Source: Octopus bimaculoides (lineage: Eukaryota). From it: a stretch of DNA of 54,290 nucleotides. Both the position numbers and the translations under genes were made by a program. Position 1 is the first letter of the stretch; each line of letters starts with the position of its first letter. The notes beneath the pieces were generated by a model that saw only the letters and a program-made list of their open reading frames with translations, searched no databases and was not told where the DNA came from. The DNA lies in NCBI RefSeq assembly GCF_001194135.2, contig NC_068991.1, positions 17,867,553 through 17,921,842 of the forward strand. Reading direction: 5' to 3'. Shown piece by piece: positions 11,831 through 27,320 of this stretch.

Positions 11831-12614
11831 ATACATATAAATACACACACACACACATATACACATATGCATATATAGGTGGGGTGTACTTACACACACA
11901 TGTATATTTGCACAAACTTTTTCACATATATGCATGTGTGTGCATGTATGTGTGTGTGTGTGCACGCACGCAGTGATTTGAAAATACATATGTTTGTATG
12001 TATATATGGTACCCTCCAGCCCCTCTCATTCCCTCCCTATGCTTTCTGCACTCACTGCTACCTGCCTCTGTCCCCTTTTCTCTTATCATCCTCAATGGCT
12101 CTATCTCTTGAACCTTACATACCCATCTATCTCTTTCTTTCACATTCTCTTTCCCTTTCAGTTGCTGTTATAATACAGGTTACCCCCAGAACCCCTACAC
12201 AACCCACCTTACCACCATCTCCCCCTCTTACTCACTAACTCTGACACTAATTCCATCCCTACCTCCTCCTAATAGTGTCTACGTTGTTACTCTTTCCATT
12301 ACCACCATCTCACAACTATCAATTTCTCTCATCATCCTACAAAAAAAAAAATCATCACCTATAGGGGCCTCACACAGATGGTGATGTTTTTATTGACACA
12401 ATTTTCTATGGTCAAATACTTTTCCTGTTACCCTTCTTTCTCAGTAAGCTATTTATTCCCCTGGTCTTTCACCATGTAACCGTTGGACAAGTTTTTAAAA
12501 CAAACATGAACTTTGACACTAAACAGTGTCAGTGTTTGACATTTTAATTACATAAACAATGCCAAGACACATGCTTCATGTTTGCTGTTGCTTCATGCTC
12601 TTGATGAGACTGGG

Positions 12615-12910
12615 GTTATCCCAGGTTAGAGGTCCCAGAGATGTCATCATGCATAGAGCCAACCAGGTCTAACAGTGCTCTCCATTGCTGGTGGTCCTGT
12701 GCCAGCCCCTCTGCAACCTCCTGGGTCTGGCCTCATCATGGTGAAGGGACTTGTGTGTTCCTGAGGTCTGAGAGAGTGTTACCATCTGGAGTTGGTCTCC
12801 CAGGGAGGTTTCAGTCTAATGGTGACCCATGGCATGTTGACTCACTGCCAAAATGGTGGCCCCATCATCTGACTATTCTGCAGAGGACCAACAACTCACC
12901 CAAAAGAAAC
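12615..12910 (-). mobile_element. Degenerate RTE-like LINE ORF C-terminus
   Basis: Broken frames give PGRP..., EVAEGLAQDHQQWRALLDLVGSMHD (AQDRxxWR-type motif). Confidence 0.4.
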
Positions 12911-14429
12911 CAAGACTCTTGGAAAGAGACAAACACATAAACACACCGTTACACACACATACATGCATACACACTTGACAGGTTTCCATATACTTTCCAT
13001 CTTCCAATCTTGCTGTTAAGCTCGTGTCAGCTATGTCAGTCTTGGCCTTTCCTTGGAAAATATCAGTAGCATAGAGAGGGGAAACTTACATGCAAGGACA
13101 ACTGCTGATCTTCCATAAAGTCTTACCTAGGTCCATATTCATTCCTTTGAACAATAATGTCCATCAAGTCATCCCAAAAAATGACTGATGATTCGCATGG
13201 CAACTTTGTTTAAAGTGGAAACGCATTGTGCACTGTCGACCTCACTCATCCATGACCATCTTCAATCCGTGACCATCATCAATCCTGTGCTGACACCATG
13301 TAAAAAGCACAGTCCACTCTTCAGAGTGGTTGGTGTTAGGAAAGGAATCAAGCCATAAAACCCATGCCAAAACAGACACAGTAGCCTGGGGTAGTCTTCT
13401 ACCTGGACAGCTCCTGTCAAACCGTCCAACCCATGCCATCAAGGAAGCCGGATATCAAACGATGATGATGCTGACGATGATATACACATACCATCATCAT
13501 TATCATCATTATAATCATTGTTTTATTGTCCACTTTCCTTTCTAGAATGGCTGACAAAACTGATTGACACAGATATTCTAAAGTTGAATGCTCTTCCTGT
13601 CACCCACTCTCACTTATTTCCAAGCAAGTTAATTTCTGAGTGGTCAAAAATGCTTTTTATGGAAGACCGGAAATGAAAAACTCTGCTTGCAATGAATAAT
13701 TCAATAGCCAGACAGGTTTCAATGGCAGATTGTAAACAATGACAGTGTACGGAAGTGATTGTTTCCATTTCGTTGTGCAAACATCAAGACAAGAAGAAAC
13801 CACAAACAAACACTGTCACACACACATATCATGATGATCATCATCATTATTGTTTTAAAATCCACTTTTTCATGTTTGTATGAGTTAAGTGGAATTCATT
13901 GAAGCAGATTTTCTACAGCCAGTTGGCCTTCCTGAGGCCAACCCTGACCAGTTTCCAAGCAAGATAATATTTCTCAGTGGCCAAAACATGTTTTTTTTTT
14001 TTCATGGAAGACTGGAAATGTAGGACTCTGCTTGCATGATGATGATGATGCTCGTTTCTAACTAACCTGTGATGTTAAGACACAGTAACACACACACACA
14101 CACACGGTTTTTTGTCAGTTTGCATCTATTAAATCCACTCACAAGGCTTTGGTTAACCCAAGACTATAGTATAAGACATTTGCCCAAAGAGTCACATAGT
14201 GGGACTGAACTTGAAACCATGTGGTTAGGAAGTTAACTTCTTAACCAGACAACATGCCAACTTAATTGACACCGCAATGGGCTTATTCTTTTATTCTTTT
14301 ACTGGTTTCAGTCATTTGGCTGTGGCCATACTGGAGCACCAACTTTTTAATTAACCATTCTAGTCATTTAACTGTAATTTATTTTCAGTTTTTTTTTTTT
14401 TTTTTGTATGAGGACCTTGTTACTTGTAT

Positions 14430-14730
14430 GGGCTGAATTGAATAGACAGACAAGTAAACAGGCAGACAAACAGAGGGGGGGGGGAGAAACAGGCAGAGAG
14501 ATAGAGAGATGAACAGAAAAGCAGGCAGATAGACAAGCAGGCATACTGAGAGAGAAGTAGACAGACAAATAGATATATAGACAAGCAAGCAAATACAAAT
14601 AGACAGACAGAGAGACAAATAGACAAAGACAGGCAGGAAGACAAACACAGAGAGAGAGAGAGAGAGAGAAATAGACAGATCGATAGAGAAAGACAGATAG
14701 AGAGAGACAAACAGAGAAACAAACATAAAT

Positions 14731-14803
<73 letters not shown>

Positions 14804-14860
14804 AGCAGAAAGGCAGAGAAATAGATACAGACAGCTTGATAGATAGATAGATGGATTTAT
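14430..14860. repeat. (GA)/(GACA)/(GATA) compound microsatellite
   Basis: Direct inspection. Confidence 0.9.
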
Positions 14861-16727
14861 AACTTACAGATAACAGCAGCAGTACATTTATTGTTAGAGA
14901 AACGGAACTGTTTGATTCTTTCTTTAACACCATCATTCAGTTCACAAACCGGTTGAGACTGGAAGGAAAAAATAAAAGCAAAACACAAAATAAGAGCAAA
15001 GTTCTTTGAATAAAGTATCTAGTTTGTATTCTAGAATGTATTCATGCATTAAAAATAATACAAATGAAAATAAAACTTATCTTATAAGTAATATTAGATC
15101 AGAGCATCTAATCAAGACAGAAAAAAAGAAACAGGATCACTGACAAATAACATAACAATTGTTTGCCTTGTAGAATGGAAACATTGCCAATCACACTACA
15201 AAGAGTTTGGCATTGGCGGCAGTGGCATCATCATCATCATCATGACCATTGTTATTATTATTTTAATTTCTACTTTTCCATGCTTGCATAGGGCAGGTGG
15301 AATTCATTGAGGTAGATTTTATATGGCCAGATGCTCTTCCTATCACCAATCTTCAACTATTTCCAATCAAGGTAAATATTTTCCCATGGCCAGACATGTT
15401 TTAACTTTACTTATACATTTAATATTTGGGGATAAAATTTTAGTCATTTAACTACCACCTGGTCACTCACATATTTTCATTATATGACAGACTTTTCTCA
15501 GTTTTCATCTATAGCCAGGGCTATAGTAAAAGTTACACAGTGGGACTGAACCCAAAACCAAGTGGTCAAGAAGCAAACTTCTTAACTACACAGCAACATC
15601 TTCACCTATACACAGCCATGCTGAGCCCTCTTTTCAAGTTATACACAATAAAACTTTCAGTGTTTTTTTTATACTATTATAACTATATTATTTATCCATA
15701 CAATGACTTGTTGCTAGCAGGACAGGTTACTCTTCTAATGTCTGACACAGTGAGGTGTTTCACTTCAGTTCAATGTTTGCAAAGAAATATAACCCCATGA
15801 ATTAACTGTAAAGATTTTAATGTAAATAATTTATAAGTGCAGGCATCACAATGTGGTTAAGAAATTTATTTCTTAAGTAATAGGTTTGGGCTAAGTCCCA
15901 CTGCATAGCACTTTCAATCAGTGTCATTACTATAGCCTTGGACTAACCAATGCCTTGTAAGACTAACCAATGCCTTGTATGTGTGAGTGAAATTGTGACT
16001 TGATATGATTCACTGGTCACCACTTGAGCAAAGAAGTTGTGGTGTCAACATTCCTTGTTGACATTATCACTGGTCACCTTAGGCTTTCAAACACCTTTGG
16101 AATAAAATAATCCCTTTCTTGAAAACAGGCAAAGATTAGTGACAGGAAAAGCATCTATCTGGCTGTGAAATCCTGCCTCAACTAAATCTCCATCCAAATC
16201 CCTGCTAACATGGAAAAACAGGTATTGACTGAACAATCAAGTGATATAAAAGAGTAGTGGCACCAATGTGAAACAGGAAAAAGAAAACAGGCCTATTCAT
16301 GTGATTATAACCACATACTTATTACTTAACAATACAACTGCCTACCAATAACACTACTAAGTATCTGCCACTCCATTACCTGAAATTAAATCCTATAATT
16401 TATTTCTGCATTACATCCTTAAGTAAATTCATCAGTCACTTAGCTCTAGCAGGAGATGCTTTTCTTCTAATGTTACACCATTAAAATCTTAGCATTTAAT
16501 TCATAATAACTTGTTTCAAAGTAAATTGTTGTACACTTATGACTTAATCACTGGTATTCTGTTTCACAGATAGCATGGTCACAACTAGAACAACTTTGAT
16601 CAAAAGTGTACAAATTCAAAGCTGATCTAGGGCTAAACAAAAATAAAACACAGAAAAAGAACTCAAGTAAATACAGTTAACAGTTTTACATCAACTTGTA
16701 TTTGTTAACTGCAATTATATAAAAAAA

Positions 16728-17010
16728 CTTAGATTTGTTTCGACCAAAGATTGGTCCAGGCCATGTCTAACTTAATAGCACCACTTGATAGGATTATCTA
16801 AATCCTTTTTACAGTCAAGTTTGGTCTATGGCCCATTCAAGTAGTGAGTTCTTATTGAGTGAGTTGTATCCAGGTACGGGTGGCTTGTCTGATATTCTTC
16901 GAAGAAAGCTGTCTAGACTCCGTTTAAAGCTGATAGGATCCTTTTCCTCTTTTATCTGTTTCGGGACAATGTTAAACAGGGCTGCCTTGACCACACATCC
17001 ACACACACAA
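16728..17010 (-). mobile_element. CR1/L2-like LINE 3' end
   Basis: AALFNIVPKQIKEEKDPISFKRSLDSFLRRISDKPPVPGYNSLNKNSLLEWA, followed by a short 3' UTR with a stem-loop. Confidence 0.7.
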
Positions 17011-19454
17011 AGTGTTGAAAACCTTAATATGATAACAGGACAAGTACAGTTATCTTGCTAGAGAAGAGATAGAAGGCTATCCTTGTTTTATAATGCTGGA
17101 TAGGGGTAAATGGAAACAAAACAAAAATGGTGGTGACTAGCTGCCAGAGTGAACTCTCAAGGTACAAGGAGGTAGGTAGAAAGGAAAATACAGACAGAGG
17201 ATCAAAGGGAAAGGGAGAGGGGATAAGCTCATAAGAGTATAAGAGAGTGACAGATGGTTAAAGGTGAATGTAGTGAATAATGAACAATAGTAAAGGTGTG
17301 GTTGACGAATATCTGTATGGAGGTGTGAAGGTGAAAGAGACAGAAGTGGCACAGGAAGGAGGAGGTGATAAGCAGCAGTACAGAAAGGGTGGAGAGCAGC
17401 ATCATCAACTTCCACATAGATAAGAAAGTAGGGAACCGATGTGCAGTGTGTGAGAGTGAGGAGGGAGACCCACAGTAACAGACAAGCTTAGAGGTGGTAT
17501 ACAGTGGTTAAACTGAGTGGAGTGTATAAGGGTAGGGCAGACATGAGAAGTGTCTTGAGAATGATTGCAGATATGAGAAGTGTTAAAAATGAGGTATGAC
17601 AAACCTAAGATGTAGCTCAGAGGAAATGGAGAGATAATAGAAGGCACAGAAAAGATGGGAGAATGTCCCGAAAAAGAATGAAGGAAAAGTGTCTGTGTGA
17701 AAGAAAAAGAGTACACACACACACACATAGATACACACAATATATTCTATCATTGATTTTCAACATTTGAGCATTAAATCAACTGAAACATCAACTCATT
17801 GAATTAGCATGTCAATTGGCTAAGTATTCCAGAGACAGCTGTACCTTTGATATAGTTTTCAAATGGAATCAGTTTGACACGGTATGTCAAAATTGGACCT
17901 TTGAATAACAAACACAATCCATTGGGTGGGCTTTTAAATAATTTTCGTCAACCCAAATTTACTTACAAGGCTTGGTGGGTGACCTGAAGCCATGACAAAG
18001 TCACTTGCCCAATATGGTATTAAACCTCAAACTTCATAGTTGTGAAACAAGCTTCTTAACCTCTTAGCCACACGCGCATCATTTAAGTTAAAAAACGAGA
18101 GTCATGATTAACTAAAGATAGATCATAATTCTTTAATTCTTGGAAAACTCATCATCTGATCAATCTGAATCTTATGGAATTCGATAACTCTAAGATTCCA
18201 TCTGCATGGAAAACAGTGGTTAAGTTCGCGTTAACATATTCTATACAGAGACTAATAAAGAATTAACAAGATATAACTGGTGAGAATTAAAGAGATAACA
18301 AGAAGTTACTATGTGCTGGAACAGATAAATAATTTAGTACAAACATATTCAATATGCATAGCCCTAACTCGTAAGAGTGACTTGGTAAGACGTAGTGTAC
18401 TTTGGCAAACGATTTTCGGTGTTTTAAGTAGTCACGAGAAAACGTAGACATCTCTGGGCTTTTTTACCGTTGTGCCAGCGAAACATCGAGGATGTGACAG
18501 CTGGAGAATGGGCTGCATCAGCACTCGGCTTGCACTCATTTCATCTGAGTTGACTGGAGCAACGTGAAATGAAGTGCCTAAGGACACGATGCATCGCCCA
18601 GTCTAGGAATCAAACACAGTATCTTAAAATTGTGAATCCAGCATCAAAACCATTAGGCCACGCGCCTTCATATTCTTTATATGAAGAGTACTAAAAATGC
18701 TAACCACAAATAGAAGGCAAGTAAGTTGGTATTGTAATACAAAGATCATTAAAAATATATGCTTTTGTGAAATTGGAATTGTTTATATCTCAAGTTGTCC
18801 CCCTTTTTATAGTCAGAAGTAGAAAGGAAGCGTCTGTCCATGATCCCTATCGGCCCCTTCGAGACTAGTGGGAGGAAGGGAAGAAACCTAGCCCTCCCAA
18901 AGCTTGCAACAGTGTCCTCTGCTAAAAGGTACCTAAGGGTCAGAGGGTTAGATGATAGTGTAAGATTGGGTGACGTTTTAAGTCCCTCACCCATGAACAG
19001 GAATGACCCCCCCCCCCAAGAAGGATTTCCACAGTGTCCGTATACCAAACTTCACTCAAAAAACTTTGGTCGACAACTTACATGTCAAAAGTGCGACTCA
19101 CGGGGATTGAACACGAAACTAAACAGCAATGCCTGTATCCTTGATTGAACAAAAGCATTCTAATCGTAATCTGTCTTTCTTTTCTCTGGGTACAGTAATC
19201 TCTAACTACACTATCCTAAATAAAAACGTTACGATATGATTTGATAGCAGTTTTGCTGTTATTTTTAGTAGGTTGAACGCAAAAGTTGGCTCGTTGTCAA
19301 ATTGTCCTTAATATTCATTTTTATCCTTAGTATCAATTGTGCTTAAATTTAAACTTAAAATCAGAAGTATTACGCATTATTTTCCTAGGCGAGTTTAAAG
19401 TTACCCTCGACTCTCTCGTGTTGTATGTTGCACTAAGCATTTAGTAAAATTGAA

Positions 19455-19535
19455 AGAACAATTTCCGAGTGAACATAGAGTGCAGCATTGATTTGAAAAG
19501 TTTTGCAATGGAGACGAGAGTCCCAAATAGGAATA
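19455..19535 (+). mobile_element. Tiny mariner N-terminal fragment
   Basis: SEHRVQH*FEKFCNGDES resembles mariner ERTVQ.WF.KF..GDESL. Confidence 0.45.
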
Positions 19536-22500
19536 AAGCTTAAGGGCCTTCATCTGCTTTTGAAAATAATCAACTAGTGGATATTAATGTGTAAAAAAAA
19601 GCATGCAAACTATCAAGTAAATGACACGCACGCAGTCATATTCTAAGTTATTATTTATTCAATTTCACGTAATCTAAAATAAAAAGGAGGAAGAATAAAA
19701 TTAAGCTGAGCATATAGGTTTCCATTTGAATTGAACTCGGTCAAAACTAGATATATTAGTCAAATGATGCTACAGAAATCCACTAAATTGGGTTATCCGC
19801 CATATTCCCTAGATCTGTCACCCACTGCTTACCATTTAGTCCAACCCTAACAACTTTCAGTATATCAGATGTATCTTAAATACATTATAAATTAATCGGG
19901 AGACAGTGCTCATGATCTCTGCAAACCATCCCAGCTTTGCGAAATAGATGCGGCAGATTACCTCGCAAGAACATCTACAAGAAAACGTGTGATGAGGAGG
20001 GAACAGGTGTTCTGGTCCGAATGCTCAAAACAAAGCGAACTCCGCTAAAGGCACCGAAGAACTGTTGGAGTATTTAAGTGCTCGAGCGGGCGACATGACA
20101 GGTTGGCAACCCACAGTAGTGAAGACAGTAAGGATGATGTGCTAGTATATATGTTCAAAGCATAAGGTATTATGCTGTGAGGAGGGATAGAAACCTGATC
20201 GAGTGTTTAATTGCCTTCAGCAATATTTCGGTTTCGAAATCATAGATATTACTTCTTCTGTCTTGGATATACTTCGTAAAATAAAAGGAAAAAAGAAAAA
20301 AAAACCCAATTATTTGAATAATGTGTGTACTTTTTATTAAGCCTATATTAAGTAACGAACAGAAGTAAAGGTATAGAATCGGCCCCAATAAAAGGATAAT
20401 AAAATATTCGTTTTAATTCTCCAGGATTCACTTGGACCGACGAACTAAGGAAAGGTGAGAAATAAATAAAGGTGGCAGGGTATATTTTCCGGAATCATTG
20501 CAGTGTCATTTCAGATAGAGTGATTGGTGAAAAGATCTGAATGAATTGAGCGTATGAACGAAGAGTAAAAGAATTTCTAAATAAAACAAACCCTATTTAA
20601 AGCGAGACGGGTAAATCACATGATTCCAAAACCTGGTGGCTAAAATGTGACACTAATAAGTTGTCATGTTAAAAGGAAAATTAATTAAGAAAAATAAATG
20701 CATTTGTATTTATTTAACCACTTAGTTCATACTATCAGATAGGTAGGTAAGTAGATAGATAGATAGATAAATAGATAGATAGGTATGTGGATAGCTACCT
20801 CGCTAGATGAATAGATTGATTGATTCATGTGTAGGTAAAGGGATAGATATACATGACTGGATTTTTTAGTTCGTCCAAACCATCACACTCTATAAACATT
20901 CTGTCATATCAACATATAGATTATTCACATTCATAAACACATGATTGAGTGTGAATATGTGTGTGTAGCCAGGTATAGAAACAATTTCTATATGTAAATG
21001 CGTATATATGTGTGTGTGTGTGTGTGTGTGTAAGACAACGAAACAATGTTTGTGCCTTGATCCCTTATTATTATCATCATTGTTTATCGAATATGTGTTT
21101 AGCAAAAGAAGCAAAGAAGAAAATGTGAGAATGATCACTTTTTGTTTCCACGATCTCTTCAAGTATCGGCACAGCACTTTGTTTTGAACATGTAAACACA
21201 AATTTATTGTTTCAAATCTAGTTTACATATCCTTAAAAAGAAAATTAATTTTAACATTTAGCTGTTAACTTTTAAAATATAGGGTTTATATTTTCTGCAA
21301 CTAGTTTCATCGTTATATCACTTTGGTTAGTAGAAGTTTGTTTGTTACTTTTTATCATCGACGTTTTAATGTCACATGATTTTATGATATTCAGGATGTC
21401 CAGCCATCAATGTATTCGTGCGTATATTTGGGTGCGTGTGTGCATACGCAAATACACACACGGATATGTACATATGTATATATATGCACAAAGATACATA
21501 TATATATATATATACATCTACACGTAGATTTGTGCATATAATACATGCATACACACACGTACACACGCATTGTGTCTGTGCGCACAGGCTTGTACATAGA
21601 TATGTACATGTACACACAATATACAAGGATATACATATACACACACAGTCACTACTAGGAATCGACATTCACTATGCCTTTCGCTATTTTTTAGGTGCAT
21701 ATGAAGTTGCGATAGCTTGCACAGATAGCTACAACACACCCATCCTTAAACAAGTGGGATATGGAAGACAAACAGCTGGAGGATGACAGGGCTGAAATAT
21801 ATATATATATATGGTTATGTAAATACACATATACTAAAATGCTTGCGTATGCTTACAAATGCTCATATATGGATAAATACTTATATAGGCACATATATGG
21901 ACACACACAAACACACATATTTTATATATATATATGTTTCTTACTATATCGAAAATAGGTATGTTTTACATGTGCATGTACTGTGTATGATGTTAAATAT
22001 AGATGTGTAAATGAATGCGTGTGACAAATTTGATTAAAGAGTGTTTATATCATAATTTGTTCGAGTGAACCAAGAGGCTGACATAATAGGCGGGAGGTAT
22101 ATGTGTGTGTAGTGCGTAAGTGTTACATGGTGGGCGGTGCTTGTTCCGAAACATGGTTGGCACGAAAATTGCCTTCGCTCCTTTTTTGCATGTACAAAAT
22201 GTAGTTGAGCGCGCTTGCCTTAAGGGGAAATTGACATAAGATTCGACGAAAGAAAGGAAGAAGAATGAATAAGAATCATGAAAAGAACGTTCATACGGAT
22301 AGAAATGACAGAATTGTTGAGGAAGGGAAAGTTGTGAAAGACTACTGGGTTATGAAAGAAAGAACGGGAGAGATTTGGGTGTGTGAGTGAGAAAGCGTGA
22401 TAGATATAGACATACAAGCAAAAACGAAGCCGAACTGCATCTGAGAGAGATAATCAGGAGACACACAGAACCTGTTTGTATAGATGAAAGAAGGACCGAA

Positions 22501-23016
22501 AGAAGGAGGCTCTGTGTGTGTGTATGTGTGTGAGTGTATTTGAGCGAGAAAGCCGCTAAGTTGCACGCGCGCAAATGTATAGCAAAGAGAGGAGTGGTGG
22601 GGTGAATGAGTCGCACACCTTCGAAGAAAATCTTGTTAAATATTAAATATGTGCCTGAGTATTTTCAGTAATGTCATTAAAGAAATGTAAATGTAAAGAT
22701 GGTTTTCGAAAAAAAGAGAAGAGAGACGAAGAGTAAAAGGGGTGGTAGGTGGATAGAATACAGTAGTAGTAATAATAGTAGTAGCAACAGAAAGTGTTAA
22801 ATAATACATAAGTATATTGCAACATATACATGTAAGACTATATAAAAGACATATACTAAGACAAGATTCATGAATACGTGTTCATAAACATACACGTGTG
22901 TTTATACTATTTTATTTTTTTTTTTTTTGCTTTTTTTCTGGTTTGTACTTGTTGGTAGGAATTGTATACCGGAATTTAGCAGAAATCATCAAGCATGACT
23001 AGTGTGATAATGATCT

Positions 23017-23057
<41 letters not shown>

Positions 23058-25475
23058 TATACATAGTGTACGTGTTAACACGCAGGTTTCTGCTTTTTCC
23101 GGATTTCGGACATTCATACCTTCTACACTAGACAGACATACGTGTATGCGTGTGTGTGTGCACAAACTCACTCACCCTTCAACGAGTCAAGAAGCCAATA
23201 CATGGTCATTTGGCAGGCTAGAAATGATAGCCAAATCTACCTAAAATTACATTCAGCTGTCGTAATAAAGGAAGGACACATAATATGTCCTAAATACTCT
23301 ACAACTGAAAAGATGCTCACAACTGGAACATCTGTGATCATAGGGCTGCTCAATCAGTTATGATCTGATTGATAAACATTGCACCTGACACTGTAATCAT
23401 TACTATTTTTATATACTGCATTATACAATAGGCTCATTAGCTTTATATTATATATACATTGACTATTTTTAAACATACGTCTCCTGGGTTACTTCTATCC
23501 CACATTCCGGTCACACGTACATGTTCTTTAACTCGATGTCAACCCTGTTTGGGCAGAACCTATGATCAGAGATGTTCTAGCCATGACAGACAGTCCTGCA
23601 TCTTTGTACATCTACGATTACATTGTCTTATGTGTTCTTCGTAAATATGTTGTTGCATTTTCTTTTCTCCTTTTTTTTCTTTTGTTCTTTGCTTTAATAA
23701 TAGGGCGTGATTTTTGAGTTGGCCGTGGGGGGGGGGAGGATTGCATTTTAGAGCAGATCGAAAGAAACAATCAAGTACAAGTTGTCTGAGAGAAGTAGGC
23801 TCATATACAACTTTAAATCTGAGTAAATAATAAAACGTGATGTGTATCACAAGAGAATAAATACATAAGTGAGGTGGTGCCCCAGCATGGCCACAGTCTA
23901 ATGACTGAAACAAGTAAAACATAAACAAACATCTTAATAAAATATCCTTCAAAACATACCATCTTGGTAATTATCCTTGCCACTTGTCTCCGTTTTGGGT
24001 AATTAATAAGTACAATAAGGCCAACTTTATGATTTCCTTGTACTATAGTTTGTTTTTTCTTCTTTTACGTGTGTATATGTATAAAGAGGGTGTGTGTGTA
24101 TATATCTATATATTATACTATATAACTATATTATATGGTTTATATACATATGCGCAATGTATGTCTATCCGCGAATATATATCTTTATGTAGTGTGTATA
24201 TAGAGAATATGTGCTGTCGTTGATAAAGACAGGAGTGTTGTGTTGATTGTATTTTTCATTTGACGCTGCTGCTGTTTTTCTTGTTACTTTTTTCCGAATT
24301 CTTGCTGCTCCTGTTTTTGATGTTAATGTTGTTCTTCCTGTTTCCACTTCTCATTCCTCAATCAGGCGGTTCCTCTTCTACACCAACACATGCCTATACA
24401 CGCAGCAAATATATATATATATATATATATATAGTGAGACTGTGTTGTTTGTTTTTGTAGATTTACTTGTTAGTTTTATTATAATTACATTAACTATTAA
24501 ATTGACAGATGTATATATATATATAAATGCAATTAATTTAACAAAAAGGAGTCCAGAGAAAACGAAAGTGAGAGAAAATAAAGTTGAAAGTTGAGGGAAT
24601 CCCTTTAGCATACAATGTAGTATATATATATGTATATATCTGTATATATTATATATCTGAATATATTATATGTAAAGCTATTTAAGGATGTACAGCTATA
24701 AGCAATGATATAAAACAAACTAGTTTTAAAGCCGTTCTTACGAAATAACCACTGTTAATTAATGCCTCTTGTTATTGTTTTTGTTTTTTAAGTTAGAGTC
24801 AGTGCTATTATTCCGTGTGCTTTGTCGGCATCTCTCCTCTGATCCTTTTTTTCCAGCACTTCCCCTTGCTCTAGTTTCTACAAAAGTCAGATTTCGTAAT
24901 ATAAAACGAAACGAAATTTGGTTTCATTTTTTTTTTCTGTTACTTTTTTATTTCGTTCTCAAGTTCTCTACCCATTCTTTTACCGCCCTATCTTCCTCCT
25001 CTTCTCTCTCTCCCCTTCTCTCTCTATCTCTATGTATGTAATGTATGTATGTATGTATATGTGTATATATATATATAAACATGTATATTTCGGGCACAGG
25101 TATGTACGTATGTATGTATGTATGTTTGTGTGTGTGTGTGTGTGTATGAATGCACATACATATATACATACATATATGTTCTCTTCTATTTTTAATTATT
25201 TGAGATATTCCAAGTTTCAACGTTGGAATGTAATTAACAAAATCAAATTCCCATTTTGAACTTGAGGAAAGTTTTACATATTTCTACTGTTCCACTTACA
25301 CGCCTATAACGATTCAACTAACCCATGTTAGCTTGGAAATAATACATAAGGTGATTATGTGTGTGGGCGCTCACAAATACAAACGCACACACGCACGCTC
25401 ACACACACACGCACACGCGCGCGGTAAAATTAACAACTTCGATTAACTGGTTGTCCTTGCATTTAGAAGACTGAA

Positions 25476-25587
<112 letters not shown>

Positions 25588-25589
25588 GA

Positions 25590-25795
25590 CGAGCTGGCAG
25601 AATTGTTAGCGCGTTGGGCTTAGGGTTTAACGGCATTTCTTCCGGCTGTTTATTTTCTGAGTTCAAAAGCTGTCGAGGTCGACTTCCCTTTCCATCCTTT
25701 CGGGGCCGATAAAATAAGTAGCAGTTGAGCACTGAATCAATCAATGTAATCGACTAATCCGCCCCTCTAAAAATTGCTATCCTTGTAAAATCTGA
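25590..25795 (+). mobile_element. tRNA-derived SINE 'family C'
   Basis: GAGCTGGCAGAATTGTTAGC...GAGTTCAAA..GAGGTCGACTT..TTTCCATCCTTTCGGGG..GATAAAATAAGTA; many copies in the window. Confidence 0.75.
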
Positions 25796-26054
25796 AACAG
25801 TCATTATTGGTATGTGTGTTTTTGTTGTTACGCCTATTAAATATTCTCGTGTATGAACTTGTAAAAATTAATTGAATGCTTTTCGTTTATTTTTACCTCA
25901 CAAATGTAGCAACAATGCAGTCGCTCGAGCTCCTAGAAATCACAGTCAACTCTCCTTACAATCATACCATTCCATCTTTAAAGAACAGCAAACACAAACG
26001 CGCGCACACATACACACACACACAAGCAATTTGATACCATCACACAATCCCACC

Positions 26055-26250
26055 TCAAAGAATGGTTTCAAAGTTTGGTACAAGACCAGCAGTTCCTGAG
26101 AGGGGGCAAGTCAATTACATCGACCCCAGTGCGTAACTAGTACTTATTTCATCGACCCTGAAAGGATGAAAGGCAAAGTCGACCTCGGCAGTATTTGAAC
26201 TCAGAACGTAAAGACGGACGAAATGCCGCTAAGTACTTTGCCTGGTGTGC
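26055..26250 (-). mobile_element. SINE family C, reverse orientation
   Basis: Reverse complement of the family C body. Confidence 0.75.
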
Positions 26251-26554
26251 CAACGACTATGAATAATAAGAATAATACTTAATTATACAAGAAATATTCT
26301 TTATAACTAAAAAGCGGGCCGCAACAATGCGGAAAAAAAAATAAACATTCTTCCGCAGCCTGTGAACGAAGTGATACTTGTTACAGTGAAAGTTTGTCAA
26401 AGTGAAAGTGAAACGCTAATCATAACGATTTCAGCATATATTTTACCTCTGACTGGAAAATTAATAAATGTGAAACTGTAAGACTACTACAGCGTGTTTA
26501 TTTTAGCAACAGAGAACACTCCACTAAGGTGTTTTCCTCAGACATATTGAGCAT

Positions 26555-27320
26555 GTACGTACGTATGTATGTATGTATGTATGTATGTATAAATGTAGGT
26601 AGGTAGGTAGGTATGCTTGCATACATACATACATACACAACAGCGCTGAAGGAAATACATATGAAAAGAAAATGAGAGATGTATGTATGTATGCATGCGT
26701 GTGTGTGCATGTATGTATGTGTATGTGTGTGCATATGTATGTATATATGAATGTATGTATGAACGTATGTATGTATGTAAATATGTATGTATCTGTTTGT
26801 ATATGTATGTATGCATGTGTTTAGACATGTATGTATGTATGTGTCTGTGGAAGATGGATCTTCGGCAAATTCGACGATGAGTACTCCAGTTGTTTGATCA
26901 AGTGAATTATCTATTTATCGATTTATATTTTTTAACTTGTCAATACACCATGCCAGGCTTTTACTATAGTTTATTGATGTATGTATGTCTGCTTGCTTGC
27001 CTGAATACATTTGTGTGTGTGTGTGTGTGTGTGTGTATTCCCGCACGTTTGTATATATACATGTATGTTTGGGTATGTATGTAAATATGTACATTTGTAT
27101 GAATGTATATGTATAGGTGTTTTGTATGTATATATACCTGCCTGCTGCATTCGTGCATGTATGCATTTATGTATGTATGCTTGTATGTCTTTTTTCCAAT
27201 GAGCAGGGATCTAAGCAAAGCTCTTTCATTGGAATTTAGATATCAACTGAGTTGTCATTCATACATGTATGTATCTATGCATGTATGTTCGTCTGTCAGC
27301 ATGTATGCATGTTTTATCTT
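26555..27320. repeat. (ATGT)n/(GT)n compound microsatellite field
   Basis: Direct inspection. Confidence 0.85.

Noticed and set aside
16735-16765. Second hammerhead (- strand GACC-AATCTTT-GGTC-GAAAC)
   Set aside because: It has a stem and GAAAC but no CUGANGA upstream (CCTGGACC); more likely the LINE 3' recognition stem-loop.
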